From IMG/VR virus record IMGVR_UViG_3300021091_000016: 64,000 nucleotides of DNA, one strand, 5' to 3'. Origin of the DNA: a virus. The notes beneath the pieces were generated by a model. That model made no database searches. It saw only the letters and a list, made by a program, of their open reading frames with translations, and was not told the origin of the DNA. The translations under genes and the position numbers were made by a program. This document shows, in pieces, positions 17,206 to 27,064 of this stretch (position 1 is its first letter; each line of letters starts with the position of its first letter).

Positions 17206-18386
17206 TTACATCTATAGTAGGCGCTCAATTTGGAGATGAAGGCAAAGGTAAAATTACAGATTATTTAGCTAGTGAATTAAACAATCCCACTGTAGTTAGA
17301 TGGTCTGGTGGTTCAAATGCTGGACATACTATTCAAGTATATGAGCGCGAATACAAATTAAAGCTAGTGCCATCTGGAGCTTTAAATAAAAATGCCACAC
17401 TGATTATTACTGGCAGCTGTTTAATTGACCTGACTAAGTTAATAAACGAGTTGGAATATTTGAAGAACAAATGGCTCGAACCAAAGCTAATTATTGATAA
17501 GGAATGTATATTAACATTACCTCTACATAAAGAATTAGACGTTAAAAATGATTCCGTACTAAATATTGGTACTACAAAATCAGGAATCGGTCCTACTGCA
17601 AGTGATTATGTAAACAGATTAGGAATCTCAATTAGAGATGTATTAAATGAAGAACATGTGGAGAGATTATTAAACGTAATTAAGCTACATGGTATTGGCG
17701 ATTTAGATGAAAATCTAAAGGAACTAAATTTAATACACGCCTTAAAAATATACTCAAATGTTACACTGCTATCTAGAAAAGAAGTGATTAAATTAATTAA
17801 GCAATCAAGCAATGTAATCTTTGAAGGTGCACAAGGTTCACTACTAGATATAAACCATGGCACATATCCCTTCTGTACTAGTACCCCCTGCCTGGCTTCA
17901 GCAATTCCTTATGTAACTGGAATTGGAAATCTAAGAATAGATAAAAATATAGGCGTTTTTAAAGCCTATGTTACTAGAGTCGGTAATGGAGAATTTAGAA
18001 CAGAGCTATTAGAAGGTAGTGTTAAAGAACACCTTCAATCTAAAGGAAAAGAAATAGGAACAAATACAGGACGTACTCGTAGAGTAGGCTGGTTAAACAT
18101 ACCAAATTTAATAGAAGCATGTGAGTTAAATAACTTTAATGAATTAGCTCTAGTAAAGATAGATGTGTTAACCGGATTAGATACTGTAGCAATCCTAGAC
18201 AAAGAGAATAATTGGTGGACTTTTGATGGTTGGAACGATGAAATCTCTAGCTGCAAATCTAAACATGAATTACCTAAACAAGTAATTCAAATTATAGAGT
18301 TTATCGAAAGCCAAACTAAATTACCTGTAACAATAATTTCTGTCGGACCAGACAGAAATCAAACAATAAGGATTCAAAATGATTGA
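17202..18386 (+). CDS. purA: adenylosuccinate synthetase
   Basis: GAQFGDEGKGK, GGSNAGHT, EGAQG, GTYPFCTS, TGRTRRVGW. Confidence 0.97.
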   Translation: MITSIVGAQFGDEGKGKITDYLASELNNPTVVRWSGGSNAGHTIQVYEREYKLKLVPSGALNKNATLIITGSCLIDLTKLINELEYLKNKWLEPKLIIDKECILTLPLHKELDVKNDSVLNIGTTKSGIGPTASDYVNRLGISIRDVLNEEHVERLLNVIKLHGIGDLDENLKELNLIHALKIYSNVTLLSRKEVIKLIKQSSNVIFEGAQGSLLDINHGTYPFCTSTPCLASAIPYVTGIGNLRIDKNIGVFKAYVTRVGNGEFRTELLEGSVKEHLQSKGKEIGTNTGRTRRVGWLNIPNLIEACELNNFNELALVKIDVLTGLDTVAILDKENNWWTFDGWNDEISSCKSKHELPKQVIQIIEFIESQTKLPVTIISVGPDRNQTIRIQND

Positions 18387-19542
18387 ACGTTATTCCGATG
18401 CTTTTATTAGTTATTTATTTTCCGATACTCAAAAATTTCAAATTCATGCAAACATTGAAATTGAACTAATAAGAGCGTTAGAAAAAAACCCTAACATTAA
18501 ATATCTACAAATTACTGATTCAGACGTAGTAAATATTAGAAATCTAGAAAAAACAACTAAACATGAAACAGCAGCATTTGTACAATACCTAGGTAAGTTA
18601 ATTGAAACAAACAAATACTTACATTATGGCTTAACTAGTAGTGACCTTTTAGATACTACATTAAGTGTACAATTAAAGGGTGCGTTAAACTATACTAAAA
18701 TTAATGTCGATAGAATCTCAAAACGATTAAAGGATTTATCTAATACAGATTTAAAAATCATGGGTAGAACTCATGGACAACATGCTCAAGTAATTAATCT
18801 AAAAAGCTTTTTTATGAATCATTTGTTAGAATTTGAAAGAGCATTTAATGACTTAGATGAACTAGGCAAATCCTTGACTGGAAAGCTTTCTGGTGCAGTC
18901 GGTAACAATACTTTTATCAGTCCAGATATCGAAGCATCAATTTTAGAAAAATTCTTTTTACAAAGAGAAGAGTTTGCTACACAAATTATTCCTAGAGATA
19001 AAATTGCAAGAATTCTAAATGCATTAGCACTTACTGCTTGTGCTGTTGAAAGATTAGCCTTAAATATTAGGCTTTATCAACAGACCGAAATCAATGAGTT
19101 ATCTGAAAGCTTTAATATGAATCAGGTAGGTTCATCTGCGATGCCACATAAAAAGAATCCAATTGATTCAGAAAAACTATGCGGACTATCTAGATTAGTA
19201 AGAAGCAATGCAGGTGCTGCATATGAAAACATTTGCTTATGGCAGCAAAGAGACATGAGTCATTCTAGCGTAGAAAGAATCATTATCCCTGATAGCTTTC
19301 ATTTAGTAGTACATATGTTAACTACTTTAAATAATGTATTATCTAAGCTAGTAATCAATGAAGAGGCAATTAAAAACAATTGCAATGATATTGAACTATC
19401 TCAAAAGCTACATCATCAATTAAGCTTTTTGAATTATAAAAACGCTTATAAGAAAGCTCAAGAGCTTGCACTTAGAGCTCAAAACGAAAACAAACCATTA
19501 AAAGAACTAGTAAAAGAACAACTAGGATTATCTTTAGAATGA
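18379..19542 (+). CDS. purB: adenylosuccinate lyase
   Basis: MIERY, HYGLTSSD, GRTHGQHA, GSSAMPHKKNP. Confidence 0.95.
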   Translation: MIERYSDAFISYLFSDTQKFQIHANIEIELIRALEKNPNIKYLQITDSDVVNIRNLEKTTKHETAAFVQYLGKLIETNKYLHYGLTSSDLLDTTLSVQLKGALNYTKINVDRISKRLKDLSNTDLKIMGRTHGQHAQVINLKSFFMNHLLEFERAFNDLDELGKSLTGKLSGAVGNNTFISPDIEASILEKFFLQREEFATQIIPRDKIARILNALALTACAVERLALNIRLYQQTEINELSESFNMNQVGSSAMPHKKNPIDSEKLCGLSRLVRSNAGAAYENICLWQQRDMSHSSVERIIIPDSFHLVVHMLTTLNNVLSKLVINEEAIKNNCNDIELSQKLHHQLSFLNYKNAYKKAQELALRAQNENKPLKELVKEQLGLSLE

Positions 19543-20111
19543 AATCACACGTAGATTACTACGAAAGCTTTGTACCTGTAGAATATGCTAACAATTTATT
19601 TAATCTACTCAAATCGCAAATACCTTGGCGACAAATTATCTATTCTAAAAAAGACCGCAGTAATGTGGTTACTCCAAGATTAACCTATGTAACTGGTAAT
19701 TATTATTATAACCAAGGTACTCCTCATCCTGAATGGATATTAAAGCTAAAAGAAAATGTAGAGATACAAACTCAAACAGAATTTAATTTTATATTATATG
19801 GATATTATAGAGATGGAAACGATTCTATAACCTGGCATTCAGATGATGAAAACTTTTTAGGTCCAAATAGTACTATCGCAGGTGTATCATTTGGAGAACC
19901 TAGAGAGTTTTTATTAAGAAACAAAACAACAAAAGAAAAAGAAACCTTTAATATGCATTCTGGGGATATGATTGTAATGAAAAACAACTGTCAATCAGAC
20001 TACGAGCATGCGGTATTAAAAACAAAAGAAAATGTAGGCGAGAGAATTTCACTTACATTTAGAAAAGCAATAACAAGCTATGCAAATAGCAATTACTATA
20101 AATACAACTGA
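19539..20111 (+). CDS. AlkB-family 2OG-Fe(II) dioxygenase
   Basis: YRDGNDSITWHSDDE, HAV, RISLTFR. Confidence 0.9.
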   Translation: MKSHVDYYESFVPVEYANNLFNLLKSQIPWRQIIYSKKDRSNVVTPRLTYVTGNYYYNQGTPHPEWILKLKENVEIQTQTEFNFILYGYYRDGNDSITWHSDDENFLGPNSTIAGVSFGEPREFLLRNKTTKEKETFNMHSGDMIVMKNNCQSDYEHAVLKTKENVGERISLTFRKAITSYANSNYYKYN

Positions 20112-20122
20112 TAGGAGCTAAT

Positions 20123-20422
20123 ATGTTTCAATTAGAATTAACTCAACAAGATGTTGCTTCAATGAGAAGTATCATGAATCTGTTTGAAGATATTAATCTC
20201 GCGCTTTCTCAAAATGATAAAATTCAACTTAGCTTTAGAGAACTAAACTTTACTCCTACTATTGCTTTGAATCTAGTATTAAATAATTTATATGATTTAT
20301 ATTCAATCAAAATGCTAAAAGAAAGAATTGAATTAACAGAAGTAACTGCAGAAACAGAGGAAGTATATAATCAAATTTTAAATTCACTAGATTCACATAT
20401 CAAAGTATATGATGAGCTATAA
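20123..20422 (+). CDS. hypothetical protein
   Basis: 99-aa ORF, AGGAG RBS. Confidence 0.6.
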   Translation: MFQLELTQQDVASMRSIMNLFEDINLALSQNDKIQLSFRELNFTPTIALNLVLNNLYDLYSIKMLKERIELTEVTAETEEVYNQILNSLDSHIKVYDEL

Positions 20423-20867
20423 TGTAATTATTTATACAGATGGTGCATGTAACAAACAAAGAATTGGTGGTTACGGTGCTTATCTAAAGCATGATTCAAA
20501 TGAATTAAAGCTATCTGGATACGAAACAGATACTACTAATAACAGAATGGAATTAATGGGTGTTATTGTGGCTTTAGAAACATTAAAGGAAAGCTGCAAT
20601 ATAAATCTTTATACCGATTCTGTTTATGTAAAAGAAGGTATTTCTAATTGGATTAACAAATGGAAAATTAACAATTGGAAAACCGCAAATAGAAAAGACG
20701 TATTAAATAAAGACCTATGGTTAAGACTTGATGACGTCGTTAAAAAGCACAACATAGAATGGCACTGGGTGAAGGGTCATTCTGGAGTTGAAGGAAATGA
20801 AATCTGTGACAAGCTTGCTACAGATGCAATTAAAAAATATCTAGAAAATTCATTTGCAAACAAATAA
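20409..20867 (+). CDS. rnhA: ribonuclease HI
   Basis: IYTDGAC, TTNNRMEL, TDS, WVKGHSG..GNE..DKLA. Confidence 0.96.
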   Translation: MMSYNVIIYTDGACNKQRIGGYGAYLKHDSNELKLSGYETDTTNNRMELMGVIVALETLKESCNINLYTDSVYVKEGISNWINKWKINNWKTANRKDVLNKDLWLRLDDVVKKHNIEWHWVKGHSGVEGNEICDKLATDAIKKYLENSFANK

Positions 20868-20895
20868 TTTACAGGATATAAATAAATAGAACTAA

Positions 20896-20969
20896 GGGCC
20901 TGTAGCTCAGTTGGTTAGAGCAGCGGTCTCATAAACCGCGGGTCAACGGTTCAAGCCCGTTCGGGCCCA
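20896..20969 (+). tRNA. tRNA with CAT anticodon (Ile2 or elongator Met)
   Basis: Cloverleaf GGGCCTG/CGGGCCC, anticodon arm GCGGT-CTCATAA-ACCGC, GGTTCAAG T-loop; no encoded CCA. Confidence 0.93.
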
Positions 20970-20977
20970 TGAAATTT

Positions 20978-21053
20978 GTCTAAGATATTTTAATAGTAAA
21001 ATGCCAAATTTATCCTTTTATAGGCGATGTAGGTGCAACTCCTACTCTTAGAC
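20978..21053 (+). ncRNA. atypical tRNA-like element / pseudo-tRNA
   Basis: GTCTAAGA/TCTTAGAC acceptor, ATTT/AAAT D-arm, GTAGG-TGCAACT-CCTAC T-arm, non-canonical anticodon arm. Confidence 0.55.
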
Positions 21054-21194
21054 TTAAGCAGTTGCTGTTACTGTCAACAGTTCTTCCGCACCCGCCACAG
21101 GTGTACTGCGAATGTGGCATTTTATCTTAATCTTGTAAACATTTATTTTTTATGTTAAATTTCTAATATTTGATTAACTAAACAAAGGAAAATA

Positions 21195-21686
21195 ATGATT
21201 GATTCAAAATCCTTATGCTTAATGTGGCAGCTAATTGTGGCTGAAGACCCATCAGTGCAATTGTATGACTATCAAGTAAATGCTGCCTGTGAACATAGCA
21301 TTGATATAATTGAGTCAGCCAATAAATATGCAATAGACCCATTTATTCTATCTGCAATAGTGTATAACGAATCTAGATGGACTAAAGATATTAAAAACAA
21401 AGAAGGCGCATGTGGATTGGCTCAGGTTGTATATAAGTATAATCCTGAAAACGAAAGTAGAAAAAAATGTAATAAACTTTTAGAACCTAAAATAAACCTA
21501 AATACTTCAGCTAAAATAATAGCTAGTTATTATTCCAAAAGTAAGGACTACTACAAAGCATTAGCTTGCTATGCAAGCGGACCAAAATGCACCTACAAAA
21601 AATATGGAAACATAATTGTTGGCTTTGCCAATAAATTAAAAAGATACTATTCGAAAGTGAAACCAAATGTACAAAGCTCAAATTAA
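21195..21686 (+). CDS. SLT-domain lytic transglycosylase
   Basis: AIVYNESRW, GACGLAQV, ALACY. Confidence 0.8.
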   Translation: MIDSKSLCLMWQLIVAEDPSVQLYDYQVNAACEHSIDIIESANKYAIDPFILSAIVYNESRWTKDIKNKEGACGLAQVVYKYNPENESRKKCNKLLEPKINLNTSAKIIASYYSKSKDYYKALACYASGPKCTYKKYGNIIVGFANKLKRYYSKVKPNVQSSN

Positions 21687-22296
21687 TCTAACCAGAACAA
21701 CCTGGGCTACTTATAGACAAATGTATCAAAGCATAATCTATGAAGAGGTAGAAGATGCTTATAGAATTGGATTAGCAATGTATAACAATCCAGAGATTTA
21801 CAGCTTAGATTCAATAACATCAGCTAACTTTAACGAAATATGTGAGAAGCACAATATTAATGAATTTAAAAAAATGTTAATTAATATCAATTGCTTTAAC
21901 ATCAGCAATCCTAAAAAGTTTTATAAGCCTACTAAAGGTTTTTTCGATAGCATGATGCCTAAGACTAACTTTGAAGCATTAGGAGTAAAGCTAACACTAG
22001 AACCAAATCAATATCAAATTGGCTTGGAAATAAGTAACAATCCTCTTACGAATCCACTATATAAAATATTCGTAGAATGCATGGAAAATTTAATTTTTCC
22101 AAATCGCTCAGATTCCAAAATTAAAGGTTTATCTTGCTGGGATGAAAGTAATAAAATCTTAATAACAAAATCAGGTCCTAATCCATACCTTCCTGAGTTT
22201 GCTAAAAAAGAAGAAAAACAAGTAATCAAAACGTTTCTTGCAAAAGAAACGCATACACAAACAGTGGCTACTACAGATGATAAATTTTTATTTTAA
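21667..22296 (+). CDS. hypothetical protein
   Basis: 209-aa ORF. Confidence 0.65.
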   Translation: MYKAQINLTRTTWATYRQMYQSIIYEEVEDAYRIGLAMYNNPEIYSLDSITSANFNEICEKHNINEFKKMLININCFNISNPKKFYKPTKGFFDSMMPKTNFEALGVKLTLEPNQYQIGLEISNNPLTNPLYKIFVECMENLIFPNRSDSKIKGLSCWDESNKILITKSGPNPYLPEFAKKEEKQVIKTFLAKETHTQTVATTDDKFLF

Positions 22297-22383
22297 AGTA
22301 TTTTTAATCATATTTATTAATCAAGAACCTAATATTAGAGATGGAATATATCTCTATTCAACAACAACAGATAAGGTATTAGT

Positions 22384-23214
22384 ATGGAATATACAGGACT
22401 TAGAAAGCAAATCTACCTAGAACAAGGTGATGAAATTGGCTATGTAGATTTAATTCAAAGCATGGGTACTGACTTAACAATTGTTAATGCGGCGCGCGCT
22501 ACATATGATAAGTACAAACCAATTACAGATGAACAGCTTCCCGATGAAGATAAAAGACTAATTAAATATTTAATTAGTCACAAACATACTAGTACCTTAG
22601 AACATAATATCGCTACATTTCGATTCAAGGTGCCATTGTTTGTAGCTAAGCAACATATGCGTCATAGAACATGGTCATTTAACGAAATGTCTCGACGCCA
22701 TACATCAGAAAATATTGAATTCTGGACTCCAAATAAATATAGAGTCCCAGACCCAAAGAACAGACAACAATCAATTAATACAAATGATTTCAATCCAGTA
22801 GTACATATAACTCATGGAGAATTTAATTCCTATGAATGTAAAGCATCTGAGCTACAATTACAGCATGCTAAAGATTCATTAGAAAGATATAATGCATTAA
22901 TCGATGCTGGAGTAGCCAGAGAACAAGCCAGAGCATTACTTCCAGAAATGCTTTACACTACTTATTGGGGTACTATCGACCTTAACAATTTAGTAAAGTT
23001 TTTAGATTTAAGAGAAGGTGGAGATGCTCAATGGGAAATTTCTCAAGTAGCCATTGCAGTGCATGAATTTGCAAATATGCTATGGCCAGAAACCATGAAA
23101 AACTATAAGACTCCAGAGCAAAGAAAACTAGAAGAAGAAAAAAGAATTCAATTAGAAGTAGAAAAAAGAGTAAAACAAGAACTACTCAATTATCAATTAA
23201 CAAATAAAGGTTAA
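22384..23214 (+). CDS. thyX: flavin-dependent thymidylate synthase
   Basis: VNAAR, HTSTLEH, RHRTWSFNEMSRR, AREQARALLP, AQWEI. Confidence 0.95.
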   Translation: MEYTGLRKQIYLEQGDEIGYVDLIQSMGTDLTIVNAARATYDKYKPITDEQLPDEDKRLIKYLISHKHTSTLEHNIATFRFKVPLFVAKQHMRHRTWSFNEMSRRHTSENIEFWTPNKYRVPDPKNRQQSINTNDFNPVVHITHGEFNSYECKASELQLQHAKDSLERYNALIDAGVAREQARALLPEMLYTTYWGTIDLNNLVKFLDLREGGDAQWEISQVAIAVHEFANMLWPETMKNYKTPEQRKLEEEKRIQLEVEKRVKQELLNYQLTNKG

Positions 23215-23218
23215 AGCA

Positions 23219-23599
23219 ATGAGCAAAACTGTAAATGAATGGGTTGGAGAAGGTTATATCGCTACAGATTTATTACTTAGACATACTACAGATTCTGCAA
23301 GGTCTGTAACTAATTTTGTATTTCTAATTGATATGCCTTACAAGGCTAAAAAGGGACAAGAAGAAACAGTAATTAAAAAACGAGTAGAAAAGATTCCTGT
23401 GACTGCTTGGACTGGTGTTGCAGAAAATATTTGCAACACACTAGTAAAAGGTGATAAAGTGCGCTTAAAAGGCGCAATAAGAACCAAATTGATTAAAGAT
23501 AAACAAAACATTACCTTTAGTTCATTTGAGATTATTGCGTCAGAAGCAACTCTTATCTCGAGAAAAACAAACAAAAATGACGACAAAGAATCTGAATGA
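23219..23599 (+). CDS. ssb: single-stranded DNA-binding protein
   Basis: N-x-x-x-x-x-G..., VTAW..AE..L.KGD.V...G.IRT OB-fold pattern. Confidence 0.8.
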   Translation: MSKTVNEWVGEGYIATDLLLRHTTDSARSVTNFVFLIDMPYKAKKGQEETVIKKRVEKIPVTAWTGVAENICNTLVKGDKVRLKGAIRTKLIKDKQNITFSSFEIIASEATLISRKTNKNDDKESE

Positions 23600-24317
23600 A
23601 ATTAGTGAGCTTTTAACATCTTTAAGAGAATTAAAATGGGATCCTAATTGGTTGAACTGTAAGAAAGTAGATGACGGATTAATAAACGCCATAAAAGACT
23701 TTCAATCACAGCATTTTCTAGAGCCTACAGGAATAATAGATTCTGTTACATATAGAATACTTTATAACTTGTATGGAATTAAAAAACATTCAGCATCAAA
23801 AAACAAAAAAGAATTAGAAGCAAGTAAACATTTATTTTATAATTCTAAACCATTGAATTCTAGAATATTAGTATATAATCATGTTTATAATACTTGCTTA
23901 AAACCGAATGCATCAAGCTTTGACCCTTATGACGACCATAAGCAAAGAGATATAAGTCAAATAAATGTAATATATGATTACTGTTTAAATACAGAAATAG
24001 ACACTTATTTGTCTTTACACTTGAAGCATTCAACGCACTTTCAAATTGATAACGATGGTTCTATTTATCAAAATTTAGATTTACATTGTATACCCTTTAA
24101 CAGAATGCCATACTTAACAGTAGATGAAAGAATTACTATATCTATTGCAAATATAGTAATTCCAGCTATGCTTTCATGGTATGAAAAAAACGATATTCCT
24201 AGAGAGATATACAAAAATAAAATACAAATGAACCACAAACAAAATTTTAGTTTAAATCAGCTATTAGATACTCTTAATAAATATTTTTCTATAAAAAATA
24301 CAAATTATTGCTACTAG
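23577..24317 (+). CDS. peptidoglycan-binding domain + degenerate amidase-like domain
   Basis: AIKDFQ..HFLEPTGIID; STHFQIDNDGSIYQ.LDL. Confidence 0.7.
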   Translation: MTTKNLNEISELLTSLRELKWDPNWLNCKKVDDGLINAIKDFQSQHFLEPTGIIDSVTYRILYNLYGIKKHSASKNKKELEASKHLFYNSKPLNSRILVYNHVYNTCLKPNASSFDPYDDHKQRDISQINVIYDYCLNTEIDTYLSLHLKHSTHFQIDNDGSIYQNLDLHCIPFNRMPYLTVDERITISIANIVIPAMLSWYEKNDIPREIYKNKIQMNHKQNFSLNQLLDTLNKYFSIKNTNYCY

Positions 24318-24467
24318 CAATAGAAAGTATAAAGTGCCAAATTGATTTAATCATTTTGGTCCAGCTGCAACCCTTAAACTAAGAGAGAAGATTATGTTTA
24401 CAAACATTCAAAAGATTTACAAGACTACTATAGCATTATACATGTTTATAGTAACACTGGTGCAAAT

Positions 24468-24740
24468 ATGGACATAGTTTATTATCTACCAAACTGGTTA
24501 GCAACTACAGTATTTATAATTGGATTCTATTCTAGCGGCGTAATATTGGTAAAAAGCTTTGAAGTGATAACTCATTACTTAAAGTTCAAACAATACCCAT
24601 TACACCCTATAGAATACAAATACATAAATATTCTAGAGGAAAATAAAATCCTAAAACAAAAAATATCTCAACATGAAGCTCAACAAGAAGAAATCTTTGA
24701 GCAAATGATTGAACAACTTAAAGGAAAAAATTATGAATAA
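24468..24740 (+). CDS. hypothetical membrane protein
   Basis: TM + coiled coil. Confidence 0.6.
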   Translation: MDIVYYLPNWLATTVFIIGFYSSGVILVKSFEVITHYLKFKQYPLHPIEYKYINILEENKILKQKISQHEAQQEEIFEQMIEQLKGKNYE

Positions 24741-25149
24741 GTATACATTTAGTCTACGTTTGACCTCTTCTTATAATCACGTAGAGGTAATCGCAGATGA
24801 TAGAGATGAAGCATTGTCTTTAGTTTGGGATAGAATCAATGATAAAGAAATCGATGTGGATGACGAAACAATCGAAGTTTACGATGAATCTGAAGAACCA
24901 ATTGAAGCTCAACAAAGCGGTTATACTCCTATGAGTGCATTAAACGCACAACAACCTCAACCAGAACTCGATAATGGTTATGTACCTATGGTTGCTGTCT
25001 CTAATCAAGACAATGATTTGCTAGCTCAAATTGCAACCCTACTAAGAACTATTGAGGATTGCGCTGCAAAGGTTGAGGAGCTAAGAGCAACTCAAGAGCC
25101 AGAAGTATTGCCTAACGGTTATAGACCCTTAGCAAGCAATAAAAGATAG
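24733..25149 (+). CDS. hypothetical protein with internal (N/S)GY-x-P(M/L) repeats
   Basis: AAGGA RBS before MNKYTF; three GY.P motifs. Confidence 0.65.
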   Translation: MNKYTFSLRLTSSYNHVEVIADDRDEALSLVWDRINDKEIDVDDETIEVYDESEEPIEAQQSGYTPMSALNAQQPQPELDNGYVPMVAVSNQDNDLLAQIATLLRTIEDCAAKVEELRATQEPEVLPNGYRPLASNKR

Positions 25150-25166
25150 GAGTTGAGAGTTTATCT

Positions 25167-26807
25167 ATGAGTAATGTAAATTATGATAGTAATAGCGAAT
25201 CAAGGTTTAACTTTATGCATGAACTACCATATATACTTATAGATAAATCTCAATTAGTTCCTCTTCCTGGCAATTCTTATCATCTAGAAATTAATAAAAG
25301 TACATTAGTAGAAACTGCTGGCTTGGTAACAGAGCAAGAAATTTATACAAATATATTCGCTTATTGTTTTAAAGATGGATCATCTGTACTTCCTTTCGGT
25401 GTTATATGCTCCGTAAATGAACAAAAACTGTGCGACGGGAAACTAAGCTTATACTTTAGCTGTATAAGAAAAATTGAATCAATAGAAAAGAAATCTGATA
25501 GTAAATGTACTTTTTATATGTCAAAAACAACTCTTAAAAAGGACTCCTATCAATTTGTTAAATTATTTTTAGAGAATGCGCAGAAAAATCCCAATTTAAA
25601 AGACGTGATTGACACAAACGGTTCAATATTCTCAGATATTGTAAATGTCAATCGCTGCCTAGATATCATGGAACCTGATAAAGATTTATTAATTAGGTAT
25701 TTAAGTAGTTCTTCATGGTTCGAAAAGCTATGTGTTGCCGAATATATTCTTTCAGAATACAACTTAAAATTCGAAACAAATACAACGTACAAAAAAGTAA
25801 TCAAACAAGATTCTCCTGTATCTGAAAAGATACTAATGGAAAAGAAAAGATTGAGCTCTATACCTCAATCATCTGCAGAACATGCAGCGACTCAAGATTA
25901 CTTGCAAATATTAGAAAGCTTACCATTCGGTAAAGAAAATGAAGAAACTATTAATGTAGAAAATATTAAGAAAGAACTTAATGAATCTCATTATGGTTTG
26001 GAAAAAATTAAAGACGAAATACTAGATTTCTATGCCTTAAAGCAATTGACAGGTGTAGAAGCCTCTAGTCCTTTTCTCTTAAGTGGGCCTCCAGGTACTG
26101 GTAAAACTACAATAGTTAAAGCTATTGCAAAGGCTACAGGTAGAGACTTTATCTCTATTGCTTTGGGTGGTGTATCTGACGAATCAGAATTTCGTGGACA
26201 TAGACGCACATATGTAGGCGCTAGACCTGGTAGAATTATTAGCGCACTATCAAAATGTAAATCAATGAATCCTATTATCCTACTAGACGAAATTGATAAA
26301 ATTTCTACTAACGGAAACAAAGGAGACCCATTTGGTGCTTTGTTGGAAATTCTAGACCCAGAACAAAACAAAGCATTCATTGATAGATTCTTAGAAATTC
26401 CTATCGATTTATCTAAATGTACATTCTTTTGTACTGCAAATGATACAAATTATATTCCATTAGCAGTGATGGACAGATTAGATGAAATAAAATTTGTTGA
26501 TTATACATCTGAACAAAAAACGCACATTATTAAGAATTACATATTCAATAAAATTAAAACCAATTATAATATGTCAAAATACGATATCGAACTAGAGGAA
26601 AAGCTAATTAATTTTCTTGCTTGTGAGTATAATTTGCGTAAAATTAATAGAGAGATAGAACGTATTTTTAGAAAAAGTGCCTCTAAAATCCTATCAGGAA
26701 AATCCGTTAGCTTAGTAACTATGGATGATTATGATGACATGGATACAGAGGATATACCTATTCAAAAACATAATTCAAATAAAAAGAAAATCGGTTTTTA
26801 CTTATGA
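25167..26807 (+). CDS. Lon-family AAA+ ATPase lacking the C-terminal protease domain
   Basis: HYGLEKIK, GPPGTGKT, RGHRRTYVGARPG, LLDEIDK, LLEILDPEQN; ORF ends shortly after the AAA module. Confidence 0.88.
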   Translation: MSNVNYDSNSESRFNFMHELPYILIDKSQLVPLPGNSYHLEINKSTLVETAGLVTEQEIYTNIFAYCFKDGSSVLPFGVICSVNEQKLCDGKLSLYFSCIRKIESIEKKSDSKCTFYMSKTTLKKDSYQFVKLFLENAQKNPNLKDVIDTNGSIFSDIVNVNRCLDIMEPDKDLLIRYLSSSSWFEKLCVAEYILSEYNLKFETNTTYKKVIKQDSPVSEKILMEKKRLSSIPQSSAEHAATQDYLQILESLPFGKENEETINVENIKKELNESHYGLEKIKDEILDFYALKQLTGVEASSPFLLSGPPGTGKTTIVKAIAKATGRDFISIALGGVSDESEFRGHRRTYVGARPGRIISALSKCKSMNPIILLDEIDKISTNGNKGDPFGALLEILDPEQNKAFIDRFLEIPIDLSKCTFFCTANDTNYIPLAVMDRLDEIKFVDYTSEQKTHIIKNYIFNKIKTNYNMSKYDIELEEKLINFLACEYNLRKINREIERIFRKSASKILSGKSVSLVTMDDYDDMDTEDIPIQKHNSNKKKIGFYL

Positions 26808-27040
26808 AATTAATATGCTTAGATGTAGATAACTGTGGATATTCCACAATGTCAATAACAGATAATTTAGAATACAATATAGATATAAACCAAAACGTTC
26901 AAATGTGCCCTGAATGTAAAGACAGTTTAGCTATGTTAGTAGATGATTTCTTTCATTTTGATACTCTACATCCAGCAGAAAGAAAAAGAATTCAAATTTT
27001 AGAATTTGTAAAAGCCTTAGAGGAAAAAATAAAATTGTAA
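26804..27040 (+). CDS. small zinc-ribbon protein
   Basis: C-x5-CGY...CPEC. Confidence 0.6.
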   Translation: MKLICLDVDNCGYSTMSITDNLEYNIDINQNVQMCPECKDSLAMLVDDFFHFDTLHPAERKRIQILEFVKALEEKIKL

Positions 27041-27064
27041 TAAAAACTAAAAGGAGAATTAGCT

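Noticed and set aside
17202-18386. PurZ / 2-aminoadenine (Z) genome system
   Set aside because: The enzyme has the canonical PurA GDEGKG (Asp), not the Ser of PurZ, and no DatZ-like gene was recognised in the window
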